This document shows positions 52,198 to 61,684 of a stretch of 64,000 bases of DNA, piece by piece (positions within the stretch are counted from its first letter, which is position 1; each line of letters starts with the position of its first letter). The DNA is from Deltaproteobacteria bacterium. GTDB lineage: Bacteria > Myxococcota_A > UBA9042 > PHBI01. The notes under the pieces are model-generated. The model saw nothing but the letters and a program-made list of their open reading frames with translations, had not been told where the DNA came from and did not search any database. The stretch is taken from NCBI GenBank assembly GCA_006226565.1, contig SBGO01000334.1:359-64358 (forward strand), read 5' to 3'. Made by a program: the position numbers and the translations under genes.

Positions 52198-55100
52198 CGG
52201 CCGTGTCGATTTGTTCCACCAGAACGAGGGCCCAGCCGGTATCGATCCAACGGGTTGAGGCCTTAGGCGTACCGTGGAGGTAGCGGAGGTGGTTGACGAG
52301 GGCTTCGTCGAGCGGGGCGTTGCGGCGCTTGGCCTCGTTGCGAGCGTAGAGGACCCATGCGAGGTCGGTCAGGGAGACGGTACGCTCGGCAAAGCCGTCG
52401 GGGCCGCCGTCGATGCGGAGACCACCCTGGGCGGCGCGCCCAACGATGTGGAGATGCTTGTCGTCGGTGACGAGCTCGGTGCCCGGTGGGTGTTCCTCGA
52501 GAAGCTGGGTGACGAGGCGAACGGCCGCCTCGAGCCACTCGGGTGGTAGCCGTCGAGAGGCGCTCCGCCCCCTGCCCAACGCGCGCCAGGTCGTGAAGTC
52601 GACATCGGGGATCGCCCATTGCGCGTCGTTCGGCAGAAAGCCTCCGACGCCCAGGAAGCGCCAGGGCGCGTCGCTGGCACCTCGTGCGAGGACGAACGCG
52701 GTCTCGCCTGGGCGAGGCCGGACTCGACGACTCGGGTGGACAACACGGTCTGGGTCGGCGAGAGCCCCCTGCCCTTCGACCAACACGAACAGGTGACCGT
52801 CGACCCTCTGGGCGGGCGCGCTCGGAGGCGCCGAGAGAGCGAAGGTCGCTGCGAGGTCATCCTCGGGCACCACTGACCCGACTTCCGGCGCGAGAGACTC
52901 CGGCCGCACGACGTCGACGAGCAGCGCGACCGGCTCATCACCCGGCCGAGCCGGCATCGGAGCGTGCTCGGGGTTGTCGCTGGCGAAGACAAATCCCGCG
53001 GCCGTCTGCTCCAGTCGCTTGATGTGATAGGTCTGGGTCTCGTCGTCATGCGAACGGGCCACCAAGACGACGCGATTCAGCAGGCGCGCACGCGACTCCC
53101 CCCGCGCCCAGCGCATCACCAGCCAATCCCCGTCACGGATGTCCCGTGACCACGGGATGGCGCGGCCCGACATCGAGTCGCCAGACGCTCGCACCGCAAA
53201 GCACGACTCGCGGTCGAAGTCGCCAGGAAGCGCGACCTCGTCCGCCTCGATTCCGCCTGCGTCGTAGCCCGCTGGCGACCACCCCGCCGCCGCCTGTAGG
53301 CTCGGAAACGCGATGAGTCGCCCACGACTCGGGAGCGGAATGACCGGCGCGTCGTCCGCCTCCACCGGGGTCACGTGCCAACCGTCCGGGCTCGGCGCAA
53401 ACCGCACACGGAAGCTCGTCCCTGAACGCCCGGCATCTGGCCCGAACCAGCCGCGCAACAAGTCCGGCAGTCGGTTCGCCGACGTTCCGACCGGGTGCGC
53501 CACGTTGACCGCAATCTTCGCGAACCGAAACACCCAGTGTCGCCCGTCCGGCGCGCGAACATCCGTCGGTCCCGACGGCAACCCCGGTGCGCGCTCGCGG
53601 TCCGGGAGCTTCAGGATTGGCCCCTGCGCGTTGTGGATGAGCTTGGCTTCGAAGGCAGTCCCCAACGACGCCGAGCCCTCGGCCGCGCGGCGCTGCCGAT
53701 AGCCCCACAGCCGATAGTCGACGAGCTCGCGCGTCATGGCCGTCAGCGCTTCCCGCGCCGACGATGGCACCGAAAACCTCGGCTCGAAGCGCGTCTCCGA
53801 CAGCCGGAACTGTGGCGTCTTGCCAGTCGTCCAATGCTCCAGCGGCCACTTCGTCCAGTAGGCTCGCCAAGCCTCGGCCGACGCGGTCCGCGGGTCGCCC
53901 AGTTCCTTCGCGCTGAGGTCTGCTTCCAGCTCAGGCGCGCGCAACATGATGGCGCGCGACCTCTCGCAGAGCGCCGAGACGTCCACGCCGCTCGCCAACG
54001 CGTCGAGGTCGACGAGCGCCTCGAGAGCGACCATCCTGAAGGACTTCGTCATCGACTCACGCCGCTCGACGGCACGCAGGAAGGCACCGGCCGCCGCCAG
54101 TGCCTCGCGCTCTCCGGGGGTCAGGTGCCCCTCCGACGCCACGAAGTCGAACCACCCCTCGAAGGACGTCAGACTTCGGGGATTGAACCCCTGGCGCGCC
54201 AGCTCGCCGATGCGCGGCCGTTCGCCGCGCAGCGCTACGCGGTCCCGATAGGCCCGGACCACCGCGTGGCGCGCCCCCGATGGAAGCAGGCGCCGGAGAA
54301 GGTCCTTGGCCTCGAGCGCGACATCGACGCTGCAGCCCGGCGGCAGCGATGCCGCCGTCCCGTCGAGCCATGCGCGCACCGACACCGGCCCGCCCGGGGC
54401 ACGTCCGAGATTCACGAGCGAGCGGACACGATCCAGGAAAACCCGGTGGTTGCCGACGAAGTCGATGACCGTCAGGCGCTCCTTCCCCGGTGCCTTGCGG
54501 AGTCCGCGCCCGAGCTGCTGCATGAAGATGACCGGCGACTCGGTCGGTCGAAGCATGACGACACGGTCGAGCGCTGGCAGATCGACCCCCTCGTTGAAGA
54601 GGTCGACGGTGACCACCGCCGTCACGGCGCCGTTCGCGAGCCCGCGCAGGGCATCGATCCGGTCCGCGCTGTTCGGGCCGGAATGGACGGACACCGCGGA
54701 GACGCCGCGCTCGGAGAGCCAGCGCGCTACGAAGTCGGCGTGGTCGATCGAGCAGCAGAACACCAACGACCGCTCACCCGGATGCGCCTGCCAGCCCTCC
54801 CAGAGTCGTTCCATCCGAGCGTGCGTCGCCACCGCGGCGGACAGCTCCGCCGGTTGGAAGCGCCCGCCCCGCCACGGGATCGGCTGATAGTCGACATTGT
54901 CGACCAGGCCGAAGTAGGCGAACGGCACCAGGTGTTCGAGGGCGATGCCGACCCCGATGTCCGCCTCGAGCGCCAGGTGGTCATCGAAGAGCCCGAGGAT
55001 GTCGCCACCATCTCCCCGCTCGGGTGTGGCCGTCAGCCCCAGCCGAAAGCGCGTGTCGAAGTGCTCGAGCACTCGACGATAGCTCTGGGCGTCCGCGTGG

Positions 55101-56545
55101 TGGACCTCGTCGACGACGAGGTAATCGAAGGCGCCACGTGGTATCCGACCGAGCTGCTCGGGCCGCGCCAGCTTCTGGATGGACGCGAAGACGACATCAC
55201 CTTCCAGGTTGTCGAAGGGACCCGCGAACCAGCCAAAGCGCGCGTCAGGAAGCACGCGCCGAAACGCGCTGGCCGCCTGACGCAGCAGCTCGTCTCGGTG
55301 CGCGATGAACAGGACACGCGGGGCGTGACCCAGCTCTCGCGCCATCGCATCGATATCGAACGCCGCCAGGAGCGTCTTGCCGAGACCGGTCGCCAGCACC
55401 ACAACAGCCCGGTCCCGATGCTCGGCGCGCGCCCTAGCAAGCGCCTCGAGAGCGTCGCCCTGAACATCCCGCGGCTTCGGCGGCGTGGTCTGCTCGGGGT
55501 TGACCTCCCCGTCCGGGCGGGGTCGCCCGGTCGCCCGAGCGCGTTCCGCGTAGGTCGCGAGCCACTCGTCGGTGAGCGGGGTAGCGACGCGCCACGAGCG
55601 CTCGAACGCCTCGAGCACCTCGGCGAACCCGACGGGGTCGGCCGTCCGATCCAGACGAAGGTTCCACTCGATGCCATCGGTCAGCGCCGCCCGAGAGATG
55701 TTCGAGCTACCGACGAACGCGACGTCCCGACGTCCGCCGAGGAAGACCCAGGACTTTGGGTGGAACGTCGCGGCATCGCGATAGTGCGCCGCCTCGACCA
55801 CACGGACGTCGAGCGCACCTCGCTCATCCGCAGCCTCCTCATCGAGGACCTCGGTGCGCACGAGGTCGAGGAGGCGCCGCAGCGCGTGGGCCTGGGTGAG
55901 ATTGAGGTAGTCGCCCGTGAGAATGCGGACAGTCGCGCCACGCGAAACCGCCAGGTGCAGGTCGGGCTCGAGCTCCCGGACCCCTGAGAGCATGGTGAAC
56001 GCAGCGAGGATCTGCACCTGACTCGCGGTGCGCAGGTACGGGCCGATGTGTGTGTAGAACGGATCGAGGCGGCCTCCCGTCGAGAGCCGCCGACCGCCGT
56101 CGCCTCGAGAGGCTGGCTGCGTCACCGCGAGGCGACGGGGGATGTGGCCCGCTCGCTTGTAGTTGCCCGCCTCGGGGATGACGAAACGGACACCGCCGCG
56201 TGGGTCGTCGACATCATCGCAGTAGCGCGGGATGACGTGGACGTGCAGGTGCATAACGGTCTGCCCGGCAGGCTCGCCCACATTGATGCCGATGTTGTAG
56301 CCGTCGGGTCGAAGCTCCTCGTCGAGCTCGCGCTTCACCTCCTCGACGAGGTCGAAGACCGCACGTTGCTCGTCCGGCGTGGTCTCGAACCAGCTCGCGA
56401 CCAGCCGCTTCGGAATGACGAGGGTATGACCGGGGCTGACGGAATATCCATCGCGGATGGCGAACGCGAGCGCGTTCGACGCCACCCACTCGGACTCGGA
56501 GCGCTCGAGGAAGACTGACGTCGGCGGGGCGGAGTCCTGGTTCAT
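52178..56545 (-). CDS. multidomain fusion: HIT (histidine-triad) nucleotide hydrolase, then PLD HxK nuclease, then SF2 helicase, then an unknown region, then an S24 LexA-like autopeptidase domain, then a C-terminal domain
   Basis: ORF 52178..56581; ATG at 56545 (MNQDSAPPTSVFLERSES). HIT motif VMHLHVHVIPR at about 56230-56251. PLD motif FHPKSWVFLGG...GSSNIS. Helicase motifs are VVVLATGLGKT, YLVVDEVHH, GLTATPER and TVDLFNEGVDLP...QQLGRGLRK. S24 motifs are SGDSMSG (Ser, 53171-53182) and YHIKRLE (Lys, about 53018-53020), which compare with LexA GDSM and VKRL. Confidence 0.75.
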   Translation of the reverse strand: MNQDSAPPTSVFLERSESEWVASNALAFAIRDGYSVSPGHTLVIPKRLVASWFETTPDEQRAVFDLVEEVKRELDEELRPDGYNIGINVGEPAGQTVMHLHVHVIPRYCDDVDDPRGGVRFVIPEAGNYKRAGHIPRRLAVTQPASRGDGGRRLSTGGRLDPFYTHIGPYLRTASQVQILAAFTMLSGVRELEPDLHLAVSRGATVRILTGDYLNLTQAHALRRLLDLVRTEVLDEEAADERGALDVRVVEAAHYRDAATFHPKSWVFLGGRRDVAFVGSSNISRAALTDGIEWNLRLDRTADPVGFAEVLEAFERSWRVATPLTDEWLATYAERARATGRPRPDGEVNPEQTTPPKPRDVQGDALEALARARAEHRDRAVVVLATGLGKTLLAAFDIDAMARELGHAPRVLFIAHRDELLRQAASAFRRVLPDARFGWFAGPFDNLEGDVVFASIQKLARPEQLGRIPRGAFDYLVVDEVHHADAQSYRRVLEHFDTRFRLGLTATPERGDGGDILGLFDDHLALEADIGVGIALEHLVPFAYFGLVDNVDYQPIPWRGGRFQPAELSAAVATHARMERLWEGWQAHPGERSLVFCCSIDHADFVARWLSERGVSAVSVHSGPNSADRIDALRGLANGAVTAVVTVDLFNEGVDLPALDRVVMLRPTESPVIFMQQLGRGLRKAPGKERLTVIDFVGNHRVFLDRVRSLVNLGRAPGGPVSVRAWLDGTAASLPPGCSVDVALEAKDLLRRLLPSGARHAVVRAYRDRVALRGERPRIGELARQGFNPRSLTSFEGWFDFVASEGHLTPGEREALAAAGAFLRAVERRESMTKSFRMVALEALVDLDALASGVDVSALCERSRAIMLRAPELEADLSAKELGDPRTASAEAWRAYWTKWPLEHWTTGKTPQFRLSETRFEPRFSVPSSAREALTAMTRELVDYRLWGYRQRRAAEGSASLGTAFEAKLIHNAQGPILKLPDRERAPGLPSGPTDVRAPDGRHWVFRFAKIAVNVAHPVGTSANRLPDLLRGWFGPDAGRSGTSFRVRFAPSPDGWHVTPVEADDAPVIPLPSRGRLIAFPSLQAAAGWSPAGYDAGGIEADEVALPGDFDRESCFAVRASGDSMSGRAIPWSRDIRDGDWLVMRWARGESRARLLNRVVLVARSHDDETQTYHIKRLEQTAAGFVFASDNPEHAPMPARPGDEPVALLVDVVRPESLAPEVGSVVPEDDLAATFALSAPPSAPAQRVDGHLFVLVEGQGALADPDRVVHPSRRVRPRPGETAFVLARGASDAPWRFLGVGGFLPNDAQWAIPDVDFTTWRALGRGRSASRRLPPEWLEAAVRLVTQLLEEHPPGTELVTDDKHLHIVGRAAQGGLRIDGGPDGFAERTVSLTDLAWVLYARNEAKRRNAPLDEALVNHLRYLHGTPKASTRWIDTGWALVLVEQIDTAATPPRP

Positions 56546-56644
56546 CCGACGCAGAATCGGGCCCCATCCCGCTGGCGTCAATCCGTCCCTGGAACAGCGA
56601 GGGCTGCTGGGCGACCGGGCCGGTGGGCCCGGTCGCCCACGACG

Positions 56645-57463
56645 TCAGTAGACCAGGCGCATGAGCTTGTCCCAGGTGGCCTCGCGGCGGGGGATGTCGC
56701 CGAGGACGTCGTAGACGCCGTGGAGCTCGGCCCAGAGGAGGGAGCGGCCGAGGAGGTCGGGACAGTGCTGGAGGCCGCGGAGGAGGACGTCGCTCGCCTG
56801 GCGGGCAGCGTCGGGGCTCTCGGCGCCGCCCAGGAGGGGCTCGCAGTGGAGGCGGCTCGTCGCGAGCCACGCGAAGACGTCGCCGGGAGAGGACTCGCGC
56901 CAGCGGTCGATGAAACGCGCGGCCTCGGGACGGCGCCCGAGACGGAGGAGCGCCATCGCGTGCAGGCGCTGGTGCTCCGAGCGCTCCGCCGGGAACCACG
57001 ACGAGAGCGGCCCGAGCAGGCTCTCCGTCACCTCGAGCAGGCACTCCGACCACGCCGGCACGACCCCGTGCCCCTGCGTCGGCGGCAAGCCGACCACCAT
57101 CGCCAGCTGACCGATGAACGCCGTGACGAACCGCTCGACGCGCTCGGACGCCGCCGCGACGTCGTCGAAGGACGGCCCGGACGGGCGCCCCACCAACGCC
57201 ACGAGCCCGCGCCACGCGTCGGTCCACGCTTCGTTCGGACCGGCACCCACCACCCGGCCCGCCTCACTCACGCGCCACCCGCGCTCGATGTCGCGCTCCA
57301 GCGCCGCCAGCGCCGCCCGCTCCGCCTCCGCCCACCGCCGCTCGCCGACGGGACGACGCCCCGCCCGAGGCCCGCGGCGCAGGCCTGCCGCCGGCAGGCG
57401 CGCCGACACCACGACCATCTCCTTGCCCCGACTCCGCCGCCTCGCGCCCTTCCTACCCTTCAT
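56645..57463 (-). CDS. hypothetical protein (272 aa, basic N-terminus), first gene of the minus-strand sigma54 operon
   Basis: The last 272 codons of ORF 56645..57934. ATG at 57463 (MKGRKGARRR) is preceded by GGAGAGGTGGA. No motif was recognised. Confidence 0.5.
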   Translation of the reverse strand: MKGRKGARRRSRGKEMVVVSARLPAAGLRRGPRAGRRPVGERRWAEAERAALAALERDIERGWRVSEAGRVVGAGPNEAWTDAWRGLVALVGRPSGPSFDDVAAASERVERFVTAFIGQLAMVVGLPPTQGHGVVPAWSECLLEVTESLLGPLSSWFPAERSEHQRLHAMALLRLGRRPEAARFIDRWRESSPGDVFAWLATSRLHCEPLLGGAESPDAARQASDVLLRGLQHCPDLLGRSLLWAELHGVYDVLGDIPRREATWDKLMRLVY

Positions 57464-57515
57464 CGTCCACCTCTCCGGCTCGTGCGCGCCACCGCGGCGC
57501 CGCCGGCCCGCATCG

Positions 57516-57530
57516 CAAGCCCCATGCCAG
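57516..57530 (-). promoter_or_regulatory. sigma54-type -24/-12 promoter on the minus strand: TGGCAT-GGGGC-TTGC
   Basis: The plus strand reads GCAAGCCCCATGCCA, which is the reverse complement of TGGCATGGGGCTTGC. That is one mismatch from TGGCAC-N5-TTGC, with correct spacing. It lies 53-67 nt upstream of the ATG at 57463. Confidence 0.5.
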
Positions 57531-57686
57531 CCCGAATGGGACACCTCCGCCACGGCCGGACGCGCCTCACACGCGACCACGCAGCACGACGCCGGGGTCG
57601 CTGAGCCCCAACGGTGGGGACCGTGAACCCGCCCGGCGCCGCCAGAAGGTGATGCCCTCCGCGCGTGGCTCGCGTATGGTCCCCGC

Positions 57687-58430
57687 GTGGTCGCCGACAA
57701 ACCCAAGAAGCGCCGCCGGAGGCGCCGCGCCAGCACCGCCGCGCCCGTGACGCTCGCCTGCACCGTCCCGGGATGGCGCGAGGCCCCGCCGCGCGCACGC
57801 CTCTTCGCGGGCCCGGCGCGCGCCCTGGTCGCCGCCCTCCCCGCCTTCAAGAGCGGCCCCGCCGGGCGGCGCTTCGCCCTCGCCATCAAGGTCGTCATCG
57901 GCGCCGCCGCCGCCGGCCTCGCCGGCCTCGGCAAGGACCACCTCGCCTTCGCCTTCCTCGCCGCCGCGGTCGCCCTGACGCTCCTCGTCCTGCCGCTCCC
58001 GGACTACAAGAAAGCGCGCCTCCGCCGCAGCGCCGCCGCCCTCGGCCAGCCGCGCCGCATCCCGGCCCCCTCCCCCGGCGAGCTGCGCTTCGACGGCGAG
58101 AAGATCACTCTCACCGCCGACGATCGCGTCTGGAAGAGCCTCCGCCCGCGCCACCTCCCCCACGACGTCGTCGTCGCCGTCGCCGACGGCCGCGCCCTCC
58201 TCGGCCTCCTCACCCCCAAGGGCAAGCGCTCGGATCCGCTCTGGTTCGCCGCCCCCCACGCCGACGTCCCCGAGACCTACGACCCGCTCGAGACCGACCG
58301 CCGCTTCGACCCCGACACCGTCACCGACCCGGTCACCCTCACCGGCCCCGACTGGGCCACCCTCCACGAGCTCCTCTGGGACCCGACCACCGGCGGCATG
58401 CCGCGCCCGCCCGGCCCCGCCCGCACCTGA
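57687..58430 (+). CDS. hypothetical membrane protein (two predicted TM helices)
   Basis: ORF 57687..58430 with a GTG start. The hydrophobic segments are AIKVVIGAAAAGLAGLG and LAFAFLAAAVALTLLVLPL. Confidence 0.45.
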   Translation: MVADKPKKRRRRRRASTAAPVTLACTVPGWREAPPRARLFAGPARALVAALPAFKSGPAGRRFALAIKVVIGAAAAGLAGLGKDHLAFAFLAAAVALTLLVLPLPDYKKARLRRSAAALGQPRRIPAPSPGELRFDGEKITLTADDRVWKSLRPRHLPHDVVVAVADGRALLGLLTPKGKRSDPLWFAAPHADVPETYDPLETDRRFDPDTVTDPVTLTGPDWATLHELLWDPTTGGMPRPPGPART

Positions 58431-60533
<2,103 letters not shown>

Positions 60534-60546
60534 CGCCGCCGCGCCG

Positions 60547-61149
60547 TCAGAACCGGTAGCCGACGCCGTAGAGGAGCGCGAAGCGGTCCAGGCGGAACGC
60601 GTAGGACATGCCGAAGAACACGCCGATGCCCGCGGCGGCGTCCTGCATCAGGTTGATGCGGTACCCGAGCCGCGGGAAGGCGCGGAAGGCGTTGTCCATC
60701 TCGACGCCGACCGTCGCGAAGACCTGGAGCTCGACCCGCGACTTGGTCGCGAAGTCGATCCAGTAGGGGACGACGACCGCGCCGAGCTCGACCGTGGACT
60801 CGAGCACGCGCTGCTCGACAACGTCGCCCACTTGCCGGACCTCGCTCGCCGTCGGCAACCGATACGTGAAGATGAGCCGGAGGCGTGGGTCGAGGAAGAG
60901 CTCCGCCGAGGCCAGGAGCGCGCTGGTCGGCACCAGCTGGGTCGCGTCGGTCCGATCGAAGAGCTCTTCGGCCGGGAAGGACATCGAGGTCCCGATGGTG
61001 ATCTCGAACGTCGAGGGGACCGGCGACGCCTCGTCGCCGCACCCCTGCGCAGCCTCGGACGCGGGCGCGGCCTCCTCGGCCGAGGCGGACGAGGTCGCGA
61101 GCACGACCGCGAGCGCGACCGCGAGGGAGAGAACGGAGCTGTGTGTCAT
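60547..61149 (-). CDS. putative outer-membrane beta-barrel protein with signal peptide
   Basis: ORF 60547..61185. ATG at 61149 gives the signal peptide MTHSSVLSLAVALAVVLATSSASA. The body has an alternating hydrophobic beta-strand pattern and a C-terminal ...GVGYRF ending in Phe. Confidence 0.5.
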   Translation of the reverse strand: MTHSSVLSLAVALAVVLATSSASAEEAAPASEAAQGCGDEASPVPSTFEITIGTSMSFPAEELFDRTDATQLVPTSALLASAELFLDPRLRLIFTYRLPTASEVRQVGDVVEQRVLESTVELGAVVVPYWIDFATKSRVELQVFATVGVEMDNAFRAFPRLGYRINLMQDAAAGIGVFFGMSYAFRLDRFALLYGVGYRF

Positions 61150-61228
61150 GCTCCGGGTCGTCGCACGGAACTCCGCGCGCGGCAAGGCGCCCCGCAGCGA
61201 CGCGCCGACACCGCCGTCACGGCCCCCG

Positions 61229-61579
61229 TCAGCGCAGGATCGCGGCCTCCGGGAGGGTCGGCGCCGCGGGCACGCCGCCGCAGACCTCGACCGGCATGCA
61301 GCGCGCGTTCCCCGGCACGCTGTCGACCATCATGCAGGTGAACCCGTCGCCACAGCTGCCGCTCGCCGCGCACACCTCGCCGGCGCACACGTCGGGCGTC
61401 ACCGTCACGCCGCTCGGGCAGGTGACCTCCCAGTTGACGCACATCGTCGCGCACGAGTCCTTGCGGGTGAAGCCGTCGCCCGTGACCGTGCAGGCGTCGC
61501 CGGGCTGCCCGACCGGATCGCACGCCGGCAGGGTCGGGATGGCCGCGACGGCGAAGAAGACGAGGACGAGGTGACGCAT
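61229..61579 (-). CDS. small Cys-rich lipoprotein (about 116 aa; lipobox LPAC; about 11 Cys)
   Basis: ORF 61229..61636. ATG at 61579 gives MRHLVLVFFAVAAIPTLPAC, a signal II / lipobox-like sequence. Confidence 0.5.
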   Translation of the reverse strand: MRHLVLVFFAVAAIPTLPACDPVGQPGDACTVTGDGFTRKDSCATMCVNWEVTCPSGVTVTPDVCAGEVCAASGSCGDGFTCMMVDSVPGNARCMPVEVCGGVPAAPTLPEAAILR

Positions 61580-61684
61580 GGGGGGCTCCGCACGAGGGGT
61601 GGCGGTCGGATGCCACGTCCGCCCCGCCGATGTCAACGCTGGGGCCGCACTCCCCGCCGCGCACGCGACGGGGAGCGCACGCCC

